Below are positions 47,965 to 58,268 of a stretch of 64,000 nt of DNA, in pieces. The notes under the pieces were generated by a model that ran no database searches, was not told where the DNA came from, and saw only the letters and a program-made list of their open reading frames with translations. The position numbers and the translations under genes were made by a program. Position 1 is the first letter of the stretch; each line of letters opens with the position of its first letter. Source of the DNA: Acidobacteriota bacterium (GTDB taxonomy: Bacteria > Acidobacteriota > UBA6911); NCBI GenBank assembly GCA_963664705.1, contig OY761556.1, positions 4,000,001 through 4,064,000 on the forward strand. Direction: 5' to 3'.

Positions 47965-49259
47965 TTTTTCACCCCCTGTTTCCAGTCGGCACCGCGAACC
48001 TCTTTCGGCAGCGCCAGGCGTCCTTTGATTGCAGATGCAGCAGCCACAGCCGGCGATGCCAGGTATACCTCACTGCCGACATGCCCCATGCGGCCGACAA
48101 AGTTCCGGTTTGTCGTCGCTACAGCCTTTTCACCCTTGGCCAGAATACCCATATGCCCTCCCAGGCATGGACCGCAGGTGGGCGGCGAGATAATGCACCC
48201 CGCCGCCATAAAAATATCCATGAGGCCTTCCTTCATGGCCTGACGATAAATCAGCGGCGTGGCCGGCATGATGATCGTTCTCACGCGCGGGCTCACTTTC
48301 CTTCCCTTGAGCACCTTGGCAGCCTCGCGCAAATCCTCAATCCGACCGTTGGTGCAGGATCCAATGACCGCCTGATCGAGAATAACCGATTTGGCTTTTG
48401 ATACAGGGACGACATTGGACGGCAGGTGCGGTTTGGCAACAACCGGCTCCATCCCGGTAACGTCAAACTCCTCGATACGCTCGTACTCTGCTTCGGGATC
48501 GGAGACATAGTAGCGCGGCTTGCGCTGTGCTCTCTTTTCCACATAGGCACGGGTAATTTTGTCCGGAGGGATAAGCCCTGTCTTTGCCCCGGCTTCAATC
48601 GCCATGTTGCACATGGTCAGCCTGCCCTCCATCGAGAGCTTATCGATAACCGGTCCGGTAATTTCGAGAATCCGGTAATTGGCCCCTTCAACACCCAAAC
48701 GCCCGATTGCCGTCAGGATCAGATCCTTCGCGGTAACATCCGCAGGCAATTTCCCTTTGAACACAAGCTTGATCGTCGGCGGCACCTTGAACCACGCCTT
48801 GCCGGTCAGCATCGCGGCAGCAAGATCCGTTGACCCCACTCCCGTTCCGAATGCGCCCAGAGCTCCATAGGTACACGTGTGGGAATCCGCACCGATCATC
48901 AGATCGCCCGGCACCACAACCCCCTGTTCGGGCAATAGGGCATGTTCAACGCCGACTTCACCCTGGTCCCAGTAATAAAGCAGCTTCTGCTCATGCGCGA
49001 AATCGCGCACGATCTTCGCCTGCTCGGCGGACTTGATATCCTTGTTGGGTGTAAAGTGATCGGGCACAAGAACAACACGCTTGCGGTCAAAGACCTTCGT
49101 GCCTTTGCTCTCGTAAAAAGCCTGGATGGCCAAAGGCGCCGTCACGTCATTCCCCATGCAAAGATCCAGCTTCGCCAGGATAATGTCGCCCGGACTTACT
49201 GATTTAACCCCGGCTGCATGAGCCAGAATTTTCTCCCCCAACGTCATTGGTCTGGACAT
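47961..49259 (-). CDS. leuC: 3-isopropylmalate dehydratase large subunit (LeuC type 2/HacA-like)
   Basis: GADSHTCTYGA, CNMAIEAGAK, IGSCTNGR, CGPCLGGH, NRNFVGRMG. Confidence 0.9.
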   Translation of the reverse strand: MSRPMTLGEKILAHAAGVKSVSPGDIILAKLDLCMGNDVTAPLAIQAFYESKGTKVFDRKRVVLVPDHFTPNKDIKSAEQAKIVRDFAHEQKLLYYWDQGEVGVEHALLPEQGVVVPGDLMIGADSHTCTYGALGAFGTGVGSTDLAAAMLTGKAWFKVPPTIKLVFKGKLPADVTAKDLILTAIGRLGVEGANYRILEITGPVIDKLSMEGRLTMCNMAIEAGAKTGLIPPDKITRAYVEKRAQRKPRYYVSDPEAEYERIEEFDVTGMEPVVAKPHLPSNVVPVSKAKSVILDQAVIGSCTNGRIEDLREAAKVLKGRKVSPRVRTIIMPATPLIYRQAMKEGLMDIFMAAGCIISPPTCGPCLGGHMGILAKGEKAVATTNRNFVGRMGHVGSEVYLASPAVAAASAIKGRLALPKEVRGADWKQGVKK

Positions 49260-49321
49260 ATTTGATTCTCCTTATAAGTACTGCCGCCGAATACGCCGAA
49301 CTTACCCGCTGTCCGGTACCT

Positions 49322-49894
49322 CTATTTTCTTCCCAACAGCCGCTTTGGCGGCGTAATGATCCAAAAAGCCCGAAGCGGCCTATTCCCCGTATTCCGGATC
49401 TGGTGCGGGGAATCGGCTGAAAAAGAGATGCTGTCTCCCTCTTTGAGGCTATAGATCTGGTTTCCGACCGTGCACTCCGCTTTCCCCTTCACGATCACAC
49501 CCAACTCCTTGCCGATGTGACCATATTCGTCATCTCCACTCTTCCCGCCGGGAGGGATCTCCAGGAAATACGCTTCGATGGCGTGCTCTTCGGAGGTCGG
49601 GAATGTATGCGACAACTGCTCAAATATTACTCCATCGATGACCGCACGTTTTTTTTCACCAGCCCGGACCAGGTTCACGGGGCGGTCTTTCTTGAAGTCC
49701 CTGAAGATAAAATCCAGGTCTATTTCCAGGATATCGATAATTTTGAGCAGCGTATCAATGGCCGGAGAAATCCGGTTCCGCTCGATCTGCGAAATCAGGC
49801 TCTCGGATACGCCCGCCTTCTCGGCCACCTCGCGCATCGTCAGATGCTTGCGCTCCCTGACTTCCCGAATTTTTTCCCCAAACGCATGTTTCAT
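49322..49894 (-). CDS. XRE-family HTH + cupin transcriptional regulator
   Basis: LTMREVAEKAGVSESLISQIER HTH; cupin HIGKE..EGDSISF..PH. Confidence 0.9.
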   Translation of the reverse strand: MKHAFGEKIREVRERKHLTMREVAEKAGVSESLISQIERNRISPAIDTLLKIIDILEIDLDFIFRDFKKDRPVNLVRAGEKKRAVIDGVIFEQLSHTFPTSEEHAIEAYFLEIPPGGKSGDDEYGHIGKELGVIVKGKAECTVGNQIYSLKEGDSISFSADSPHQIRNTGNRPLRAFWIITPPKRLLGRK

Positions 49895-49929
49895 GGCTGA
49901 ATGCCCGATATTAGTAGAACTAAAGCTTG

Positions 49930-49944
49930 TTCAGTATAATTGAA
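49930..49944. promoter_or_regulatory. Imperfect palindrome, candidate XRE operator
   Basis: TTCAGTATAATTGAA about 36 nt upstream of the XRE gene; also contains a TATAAT -10-like element. Confidence 0.4.
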
Positions 49945-50063
49945 GTTACCAAAAAATCCTAGGGGAGATTTCACATTCCGGATTTCAGTTTCCCGCAATC
50001 CTTCGAACTGGCCTTTTGCGCCGAAATATTGAATGATGGAGATATCAACAAACAAGGTGGCGG

Positions 50064-52277
50064 ATGAAAAATCGAAGCAGGGTTTATGCGCTGTTGATTG
50101 CAGGGGGACTTCTCCTGGGCAGCCTTTGCCTGTATGGCATTGGGCAGCGGGAGCAGTTGACGCCCCTTTCCGAAGCACCGGTTGCGCCTAAGGGGACTGA
50201 AATCGGCGACTTGCTTCGAAAATGGTACGCGAATGGAACGGCGGCCGGGAATACCGGCGACTATTATGACAACAGGGACGGAGGCCATTCCCTTCTGGAC
50301 CTTGCGCCTTACCCACAGCTTCAGAAAGTCGAGTACACTGAGGAGCAAATTAAGGCCCGTCAACACTGGGGCCGGCAGCAGCAGGTTCTCCCATTTGTCG
50401 TTTTCGGCAATTCCTCGACCTCGGCGCCTCCCGAATCGAGTGGAAGCAATGTGCGCAGCTATTACACCGATCCGCGAGGACTCCTCTTTCTGTTTGCCGA
50501 GTATGCCGCAAACAACCTCTACATCTATCCCGAACACATGGATCATGACCCCGGCCACAACGGCTCGGGCGGATACGGGGATCTCCTCCCGACCAACACT
50601 CCTTACCTGATCACCTCTCAGGGCTCTTCAGGAACGGATCAGCCATTCATGAAGGCATTGCCCTACGTCCTGGCAGCTTTCCATCCGGAGGTGAAAAAGA
50701 AACTGATACAGTCCGGCCTGCTGATGCCTACCATCCAAATGATTTTGCGGGTAACCGGCAAACAGTTGTCCGGAACCAAAGACTACCTTACGGGCAAGGC
50801 GCATCCATCAGTCTTTTCGGGAGACTATGTAAACGCTCTTGCAATGGTGGAAATGGCGCATGGCATCACTCTCTCCAATCTCCCCCCCATAGCCGTCATC
50901 CGAGTTGTCAAGGAAGAGGCACCGGTCAATGGAGTGGATTATTTTGAGCCCGGATACACGGAACACCTGGGCGACACGCCGTCGGTTATGGCACGCGTAT
51001 TCCGTGGAGCCGGCAACAGCCGCAAGCTGGTTATAAGCGCCGAAGGCAGTCGGGATGTAAACAAGCGGCCACTCAAATATCACTGGGCCATCCTGCGCGG
51101 CGACTCCAATCGTATCAAGATCGATTATTTGAATACGGAGCAGTCGGTAGCCGAGATAACAATCCCCTACCAGCCCAGGAAACCGATTGGAGATAATCCC
51201 ACATTGGAATCCAACCGCGTTGACATCGGCATTTTTGTTCACAATGGTGTCTACTATTCGCCTCCGGCCTTTCTCACCTACTATTCGCTGGATAATGAAT
51301 CAAGAACCTATCGAGCTGACGGCCAGCCGGTGGATATTGGCTACGGAGCCGGCAGTTGCCAGCTTTCCATAACCAACTGGCTTGGATTTTTCGACCTCCT
51401 CGAACCCGGTGCAAACACCTGGGCCTCCCGCTTTCTGCAAAGTCAGTTCAAGCCCGAGGAACTTGCCGCATTGATCCAGGTGGCCACCGATTTTCGGAAA
51501 CAGCATCAGGCTTTTCTCGATGCCCAGAGCATTCTCGAAAAGACGGATAAGGGGGAGCCGGGAGCCATACAGGCGGCATCCAAGGCGGTGGAGGATGCCA
51601 AACAGGCAGAGTCCCAGATCCTGCAAAGAAAGATCCTAAAATCGAATCTGGCAGCATCGGAATTCATTCAACGTGCTCTCACCGAACTAATGCGGAATCC
51701 CAATCTCTGGCGCACCAATGCCTCCGACCTTGGGACGTCGTATCGGTCCGCGGATATTGAATCCAAAGATGCCTTGGATCAGGTTCGAAAGAAGCTTGTG
51801 CAGTTTGGCGTGGCGGAGAATGTGGAAACACCCCACTTGCGCGTCAAGATGGTTCAGTCCGGCGCGCTGACGGACTTTGAATGGCGACTCCTTCAGGAGT
51901 TCAATGGAACTCTGATAAGCCGATTGATTTTCCCCGGAGTCGTGGAGGTCAAATGGCGGGAGAATTATGTGGATTTTCGGCTGGCAGCAAAAAAGGACTG
52001 GCGCGACATCTATAGCTATTCTCCCAACGGAATCATGACCGGCTGGCGTCGACTCCAACCCGAAGGCGTCACCGAATTTAACTCGGAAGGCGCAATCATC
52101 CTGGAAAAGGATGCGCAGGGGCGGTGTATTCGGGGGCGTGCCGTTCGTTATGAATCGGAGCCGGACAAACGCGACTCCAACGGGCTCGCGCGACGAGTCA
52201 AGCTGATTCCGACCGATACCATCCACACTTACGAATATGCCGGCCCGGACGATTGGAAAGGCCGGGTGCGTCCATGA
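50064..52277 (+). CDS. Large secreted or membrane-anchored hypothetical protein (737 aa)
   Basis: Long ORF with an N-terminal hydrophobic segment; motif-like stretches DYYDNRDGGHS, YPEHMDHD, SQGSSGTD; family not recognised. Confidence 0.8.
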   Translation: MKNRSRVYALLIAGGLLLGSLCLYGIGQREQLTPLSEAPVAPKGTEIGDLLRKWYANGTAAGNTGDYYDNRDGGHSLLDLAPYPQLQKVEYTEEQIKARQHWGRQQQVLPFVVFGNSSTSAPPESSGSNVRSYYTDPRGLLFLFAEYAANNLYIYPEHMDHDPGHNGSGGYGDLLPTNTPYLITSQGSSGTDQPFMKALPYVLAAFHPEVKKKLIQSGLLMPTIQMILRVTGKQLSGTKDYLTGKAHPSVFSGDYVNALAMVEMAHGITLSNLPPIAVIRVVKEEAPVNGVDYFEPGYTEHLGDTPSVMARVFRGAGNSRKLVISAEGSRDVNKRPLKYHWAILRGDSNRIKIDYLNTEQSVAEITIPYQPRKPIGDNPTLESNRVDIGIFVHNGVYYSPPAFLTYYSLDNESRTYRADGQPVDIGYGAGSCQLSITNWLGFFDLLEPGANTWASRFLQSQFKPEELAALIQVATDFRKQHQAFLDAQSILEKTDKGEPGAIQAASKAVEDAKQAESQILQRKILKSNLAASEFIQRALTELMRNPNLWRTNASDLGTSYRSADIESKDALDQVRKKLVQFGVAENVETPHLRVKMVQSGALTDFEWRLLQEFNGTLISRLIFPGVVEVKWRENYVDFRLAAKKDWRDIYSYSPNGIMTGWRRLQPEGVTEFNSEGAIILEKDAQGRCIRGRAVRYESEPDKRDSNGLARRVKLIPTDTIHTYEYAGPDDWKGRVRP

Positions 52278-52308
52278 TCCCGGGTACCGGATTCAGGACA
52301 CCCGATTG

Positions 52309-52605
52309 TCAGCCGCCGGCTATGGAGCCGATGATCAGAAGCGGTTTCTTTCCCGACACCACATCATTCGGCAACAATACTTCCGGCGGCTCATTCGAGA
52401 AATCCCTTTCGCATGCGTAGAAGCGAATAAATGGACGCCGCTTTTTCGTCACGTGATCGCGAATCGTGCCTCTGAGTACCGGGTAGTGATCCTCGATTGC
52501 ATCCAATGCCGCACTCAATGTCGGCTCTGCATCGAGTTCAAACGACAACATCTCTCCCGTACGAGAAAGCTCTCGCAAATGAAACGGGAGCACCACTTTT
52601 ATCAT
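52309..52605 (-). CDS. MoaD/ThiS-like ubiquitin-fold sulfur carrier
   Basis: VVLP..LR, YPVLRGTI, C-terminal IAGG di-glycine. Confidence 0.88.
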   Translation of the reverse strand: MIKVVLPFHLRELSRTGEMLSFELDAEPTLSAALDAIEDHYPVLRGTIRDHVTKKRRPFIRFYACERDFSNEPPEVLLPNDVVSGKKPLLIIGSIAGG

Positions 52606-52616
52606 CGCATCCCCTC

Positions 52617-53780
52617 TCAGTTGAGTGTTTGCGCTTCCACGGAAAGCACGGGAGGCAAATCCCTCACAACCGCTGTCCAGTCATCGCCGGCATTGGAGGA
52701 CACATACAATTGCCCGCCAGTGGTTCCAAAATAAACCCCGCAAGGATCCAGTGAATCGACGGACATAGCTTCACGCAATACATTCACATAGCAGTCGCGC
52801 TGCGGCAGACCATTGGAAAGAGCTTCCCATTCATTGCCGCCGCTCCGACTTCGGTACACCCGCAGCTTTCCTTCGGGCGGATAATGCAGAGAATCGCTGG
52901 TGATGGGGACAACATAAATCGTATTCGGTTCATGCGCATGAATCTCGATGGGAAAACCGAAATCGGTGGGAAGGTTCCCACTGATTTCGTGCCACGATTC
53001 GCCGGCATCATCACTCCGGTTCACATCCCAGTGCTTCTGCATGAACAATACATTCGGACGGGATGGGTGCATGGCAATCCGATGCACGCAATGCCCCACA
53101 TCCGAAGTGGAATCCGCAAGTTCGTAAGCCGACCTCAGGCCACGGTTTATCGGCCGCCATGTCTCTCCCCCATCATCGGTGCGAAAAACGCCGGCAGCGG
53201 AAATTGCCACGTAGAACCGTCGGGGATTGACGGGATCGAACACAATAGAATGCAACCCCATGCCGCCTGCACCCGGCTGCCACAAATGTCCCTTCGCGCC
53301 ACGCAATCCGGGCAACTCCTGCCATGAGCACCCACCGTCCGAACTTCGGAACAATGCGGCATCTTCGACTCCGGCATAGACAACATCCGGATTATTCAAT
53401 GAAGGCTCGAGGTGCCAGACCCGTTTGAACTCCCACGGCCGAGCCGTTCCGTCATACCACAGGTGGGTTCCGACCTCTCCTTCGTATAAAAACTTATTGC
53501 TTTCGATTTTGGGCATCCCGCCATCGGAAGTGATTCGATTCCCGGCTGGCGGATCCCAGTGCTTCCCACCATCCTCGGAGCGCTGAATGATCTGCCCAAA
53601 CCATCCACTCGTTTGCGAAGCATAGATCCTGTCAGGATTCACCGGAGACCCTTTGACGTGGTAGATTTCCCAGCCTCCAAAATGAGGCCCATCGACATGC
53701 CATTCTTTGCGGCTTCCATCGGATGTCAGAATGAACGCACCCTTTCGTGTGCCGACCAGTACTCGAACTTGGCTCATCAT
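52617..53780 (-). CDS. BNR/Asp-box beta-propeller (sialidase-like) protein
   Basis: VGTRKGAF; repeated SxDxGxxW Asp-boxes ([40 protein letters not shown]); start ATG 53780. Confidence 0.88.
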   Translation of the reverse strand: MMSQVRVLVGTRKGAFILTSDGSRKEWHVDGPHFGGWEIYHVKGSPVNPDRIYASQTSGWFGQIIQRSEDGGKHWDPPAGNRITSDGGMPKIESNKFLYEGEVGTHLWYDGTARPWEFKRVWHLEPSLNNPDVVYAGVEDAALFRSSDGGCSWQELPGLRGAKGHLWQPGAGGMGLHSIVFDPVNPRRFYVAISAAGVFRTDDGGETWRPINRGLRSAYELADSTSDVGHCVHRIAMHPSRPNVLFMQKHWDVNRSDDAGESWHEISGNLPTDFGFPIEIHAHEPNTIYVVPITSDSLHYPPEGKLRVYRSRSGGNEWEALSNGLPQRDCYVNVLREAMSVDSLDPCGVYFGTTGGQLYVSSNAGDDWTAVVRDLPPVLSVEAQTLN

Positions 53781-53996
53781 CCACCCCCTTCCTGAAATAT
53801 ACCGCCGTCTTGCACTTTCGAACAGAGTTTGCCGGAGTGCCGGTTCGACAGAATGGCGCGTCAAGCAGCCGCTGGAAACCATCCGTAAATTGGGTGGATT
53901 ATTTTTGCTGATTTCGCTACTGGAAGAGGATTCCTGATATAATCCGGGAAATTTTCACACAGAAATTTATATTCCATTGCACGGAGGAACCATAAA

Positions 53997-55730
53997 ATGG
54001 CGGGTCGTAGACTGAAGATGGTACCGATCCTTGCTCTTGTGTTTTCTGCACTGTCCTTCGCACTGCCATGGGCCGGCAAGGACGGCTCAATCGATGTTAC
54101 GGTGGTGGACACAGGCAACCGCCCCATTGGTGGCGCTACAGTTGTACTCCAGGGACCGATGCAAGTCAGAACCGTGTCCAACAGTGTCCCCGTTCCTGCT
54201 CAAATCATGATGCCACCCGAAACCAACGCCACGACAGACACGAGCGGCCATGCAACATTTCAAGGCCTCGCTTCGGGGCAATATAGCCTGCGAGTTCAAA
54301 AAGACGGATATGTTGGATCCGCAACCCCAAGAAATACCAGCTTGCCTTCGTTCGTTTTGACGACGGTCTTCATACAGGAAGGCCAGGCTCCTCAGCAGAT
54401 GGAGTTGACTCTCGAACGAGGAGCCACCATCAGCGGAAAAATCTCCAACTCAAAGGGATCTCCGGTGGCAAACGCGCGAGTATATGCGGGGGTAGTGGGC
54501 TTTCAGAATGGCCGCCGGACGTTTCAGTCACATGCATCCGCACAGACAGATGATCGAGGCGATTTCCGGCTCTTCTGGTTCGGTCCGGGCGAATATTACA
54601 TCGTATGCGAATGGATGCAGCGGTCCGGCCCCGTCATGGCACCCGATTTTGTCCGAACGTTCTACCCTGGAACAACCGAATTTGAAAAATCGAAACCGGT
54701 ACGTATCACGGGCACAGATGCAGCCGGAATCAACTTCAAAGTGCAGAATATGAAAACCTATCGCATTCACGGCAAGGTGATCGATCTGCCCTCATCCCCC
54801 ACAGGTTCCCGCATGTTGCCTACATTTACACTTGCAGCACGCGATTCGAACGAATTGGATATGCCCACATCGTCTTCACCCCCCAGCCGAATGAACTTTG
54901 AAACCGGGGAATTCGAGCTTATGGGTGTCGCGCCCGGGTCCTGGACTCTTTTCGCAACTTTGATTCAGCCCAATGTTCGAAGCGATCCAGGGCGACCCAA
55001 TATGCCCCAATACCTCGGCGGACGTGTCTCTATCGACGTACGCGATAAGGATGTTAACGATCTGCAAATTGCAATGTTTTCCGTAAATATTAAGGGGAAG
55101 GTGATTTTTCCGAAATCCGGCACCGCGATTTTCTCTGGCCTGCCGATCCAATACATACGGGTCAGCCTGCAGCCGCGCGAAGGAATTCCATCCTTCGTTT
55201 ATGGAGCAACGCAATCTGCGCCCATAAGTAATGAAGGGGACTTTACTTTTCCCGGCGTACCGCCAGGCAGATACGGCATTTCCATCTCGGCTCCCGGGAC
55301 CATTGAGGACATACAGGTCGGCTCCAAAAGCATCATGAACGATGGCATCATCAACGTTGGAGCGGAGTCCCCCGACTTTATTAAGATCATTCTTGCAGAA
55401 AGAACGAGTGGAATTTCAGGTTTGGTTACCGGAATCAGCCCCAGTACAACAGTCGAACAACTGTGGTCAACACGTGTCGTGCTGGTTCCCGATCCACCAA
55501 GACGGCAGAATACTATACTCTACCGATCCGTCGAGCTTTCAGGCATGCGCGGTAATTTTTTCATCAGTTCCGTTCCTCCGGGCAGCTATAAGATCTTTGC
55601 CGTGGAAGGACTGCAGCAGGGAGCCGAACTGGATCCGGCATTTATTGCCCGCTATGAGAATCGCGGAGTCACGATCCATGTTTCGGACCAGGGGGTTAAT
55701 TCAATACAAGTCCGATGGATTCGAAAATAG
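53997..55730 (+). CDS. Secreted carboxypeptidase-regulatory-like (Ig/transthyretin repeat) protein
   Basis: Signal peptide; repeats such as TTDTSGHATFQGLASGQY, TDDRGDFRL..PGEY, TFYPGT, FPGVPPGRY, SVPPGSYK; GGAGGA RBS. Confidence 0.8.
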   Translation: MAGRRLKMVPILALVFSALSFALPWAGKDGSIDVTVVDTGNRPIGGATVVLQGPMQVRTVSNSVPVPAQIMMPPETNATTDTSGHATFQGLASGQYSLRVQKDGYVGSATPRNTSLPSFVLTTVFIQEGQAPQQMELTLERGATISGKISNSKGSPVANARVYAGVVGFQNGRRTFQSHASAQTDDRGDFRLFWFGPGEYYIVCEWMQRSGPVMAPDFVRTFYPGTTEFEKSKPVRITGTDAAGINFKVQNMKTYRIHGKVIDLPSSPTGSRMLPTFTLAARDSNELDMPTSSSPPSRMNFETGEFELMGVAPGSWTLFATLIQPNVRSDPGRPNMPQYLGGRVSIDVRDKDVNDLQIAMFSVNIKGKVIFPKSGTAIFSGLPIQYIRVSLQPREGIPSFVYGATQSAPISNEGDFTFPGVPPGRYGISISAPGTIEDIQVGSKSIMNDGIINVGAESPDFIKIILAERTSGISGLVTGISPSTTVEQLWSTRVVLVPDPPRRQNTILYRSVELSGMRGNFFISSVPPGSYKIFAVEGLQQGAELDPAFIARYENRGVTIHVSDQGVNSIQVRWIRK

Positions 55731-55766
55731 GGTACAATCCGGCAAACAACTTCGGAGGCGGCAACA

Positions 55767-58166
55767 GTGGACTATCGACCATGGACGTGGAAGGTGCCGG
55801 AAAACGGCGCGGAATTGAGTCGGACCATGACTCGGCAGGATGCGTTTGAACGAGTCAGCGGCCAGGCGGTCTTTACTCGAGATGTACAACTCCCCGGAAT
55901 GCTGTATGCCAAGATACTTCTCTCCCCATACGCCAGCGCAAGAATCAAGAGCATCGACACCAGCAGGGCTCTGGCTCTTGTAGGCGTTCGCGACATACTC
56001 AAGTATGACGATCCGGATATTGCCTTCGACAACGAAAACGGGCCGTACTTCGAAGTGTCCCGCAATTACAATATCCTGACCTTGCCGGGAACCGCGGATT
56101 TCTTCGAACACCCGATGGGCGCAGTTGTCGTGGCCGATAGCGAAGAAATTTGCGATCGCGCGCTCCGGCTATTAAAAATCGATTGGGTGGAAACGCCGTT
56201 CATCCTTGATATGGCGGAATCGCTCAAGCCGGATGCACCCAAAGTCATGCCGGAAGTAAAGCGGCTGAATCCGAAAGCCCAGGAACCTAACACTATTCTG
56301 ACTGACAGATCTGAAATTGGGAATGTGGAGCAGGGCTTTTCGGAGGCGGATAAGGTCGTCGATTACACGATTACGCGCGCCAGGAACACCACTGCCGGAG
56401 TCGAACCGATTGTATGCGTTGCCCAGTGGAGGGGCGAATTCCTGGATTTGTGGGTTCACCACCAGGACCTTCCCCAGGCGGTACTGACAACTCCGAATAC
56501 CATCCGTGAAAAAGCACTGCCGCCCGTTGCGGATTGGACCAAGATTACGGTTACCATGCCTTACCAGGGTTCCTGGTTCGGCGGATTTTCATGGCTGGCG
56601 TACTCCTATGCTTTCGTGCGGCTTGCCGCCATTGTTGCGAAGAGAGCCGGCGGAAAGCCCGTAAAGCTGCTCTGGGATGAAAGCGGCTATTATTGCGGCG
56701 GCGACGATGCCGGCATCTATAAATGCAAAGTCGGCGCCAAAAAGGACGGGACTATTACAGCCCTTCATTGGCACATGCAGGGAATCCGGAACCCTGCCGT
56801 CGAGAAGACGCACGTCAGCACAAAGATCCCGAACATCCTGGGAACCCAGGAGTGGGCTCTGATCAACAAGGGACACAATATGTGCTTCCGGCATGGTGCC
56901 CATACATGCGTTCCGCACAATGTCATGTTTGATCGCGTGGCAGCGGAAATGGGTCTGGACCCAACTCTGGTGGCACTGAAAAACGACGGATGCAATGGAC
57001 ATGACTGGGATTGGGTGACGCGCTACCAGAAAGAAAACAGTTTCCCTGAAAGATGGAGCCTGAAGGAAGTAATCGAGAAAGGGAAAAAGGCTATCGACTG
57101 GGACAGGAAATGGCACGCCCCCGGGACAAAGAAACTCTCAAACGGGAAGATGCACGGCATGGGATTCATCCACGTAAACGAATGGCACTGGCATGCTCCC
57201 ATACCGGGCATCTCATTCGCGTGCGTGGCATTGCGCGAAGGCAAAGCTGCCATTATTGCGGTCCGCTGCGATATGGGAATCGATACGGAGTCGAGCGCCC
57301 GTTTGAGTGTGGCGTCAGAAATCGGACTGAAATACGAGGATACCGTTATCCAGGAACGCCGGTCCGACAACAGCAATTTTCACTTCTGGCAGCCCGGAGG
57401 CTCTTTCGGAACAAATTACATCACGACGCAGCTCATCCTGGCCGCAAGGGAAATCAGGAAAAAGCTTCTGGAATATGCAACCAAGCCCAAGCCTGCGGTG
57501 TTCCTGACTCCGTCACAATCCGCACCATTCCCGAATCTGAAGCCGGAAGAGCTCGATATTAAAGACAGTGTGATTTTTGAAAAAGCCAATCCCCAAAACA
57601 GGCGAACGGTGCGTGAAGTAGCGGATCCCTGGTGGGTTCTTGATCCACCTATATCCCATCCCGTGGCAGGAAACCTGTACGGGCTGACCGTCGACGGCAA
57701 ACCGGATCCGGAAATGTATGCAATGGCCCGGCAAGCCCACTTTATTGAAGTCGAAGTCGACACCGAAACCGGAATGGTGGATGTAACCCAAGTCGTCTGC
57801 GTCAATGACGTGGGACATCTCTTCAACCGCAAAGGAGCGGAAGCGCAACAATACGGCGGTTCCGTCATGGGGCTCAGCCGGAGTGCCATGGAAGAGCATG
57901 TGTTCTGCCCGCGAACCGGAGTTGCGCTGAATTACGATCTGGTCGGTTATCACATTGGGACAATGAACGACTACCCATCGGCGCAATGTCTGATTAACGA
58001 GAGCCACCTGGGATACGCCGCCTATGGTTCCTACGGAATCGGGGAAAACATCGGCGCCAGCATGTCGGGAGTCACCACCCCTGCCATTTTCAATGCGACC
58101 GGCAAGTGGGTACTGGACTATCCGACAACTCCCGATCGTGTCCTGAAGGCTCTGGGCAGAATTTAG
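55767..58166 (+). CDS. Xanthine dehydrogenase/aldehyde oxidoreductase family molybdopterin-binding subunit (divergent)
   Basis: RQDAFERVSGQAVFTRD..PGMLYAKILLSP..ARI, DMG, AHFIEVEVDTETG, DVG, QQYGG, GIGE, PAIFNATG..PTTPDRVL; GTG start with GGAGG RBS. Confidence 0.9.
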   Translation: MDYRPWTWKVPENGAELSRTMTRQDAFERVSGQAVFTRDVQLPGMLYAKILLSPYASARIKSIDTSRALALVGVRDILKYDDPDIAFDNENGPYFEVSRNYNILTLPGTADFFEHPMGAVVVADSEEICDRALRLLKIDWVETPFILDMAESLKPDAPKVMPEVKRLNPKAQEPNTILTDRSEIGNVEQGFSEADKVVDYTITRARNTTAGVEPIVCVAQWRGEFLDLWVHHQDLPQAVLTTPNTIREKALPPVADWTKITVTMPYQGSWFGGFSWLAYSYAFVRLAAIVAKRAGGKPVKLLWDESGYYCGGDDAGIYKCKVGAKKDGTITALHWHMQGIRNPAVEKTHVSTKIPNILGTQEWALINKGHNMCFRHGAHTCVPHNVMFDRVAAEMGLDPTLVALKNDGCNGHDWDWVTRYQKENSFPERWSLKEVIEKGKKAIDWDRKWHAPGTKKLSNGKMHGMGFIHVNEWHWHAPIPGISFACVALREGKAAIIAVRCDMGIDTESSARLSVASEIGLKYEDTVIQERRSDNSNFHFWQPGGSFGTNYITTQLILAAREIRKKLLEYATKPKPAVFLTPSQSAPFPNLKPEELDIKDSVIFEKANPQNRRTVREVADPWWVLDPPISHPVAGNLYGLTVDGKPDPEMYAMARQAHFIEVEVDTETGMVDVTQVVCVNDVGHLFNRKGAEAQQYGGSVMGLSRSAMEEHVFCPRTGVALNYDLVGYHIGTMNDYPSAQCLINESHLGYAAYGSYGIGENIGASMSGVTTPAIFNATGKWVLDYPTTPDRVLKALGRI

Positions 58167-58268
58167 GAGCTCAGGATTTCGCCGCGGATTTGCTGGCTCT
58201 TTGGGACGGGAAGCATTATTGATACCAATAGCTGACGGCACATCCCATTGGCGTTGAGAGGTTGTTCA

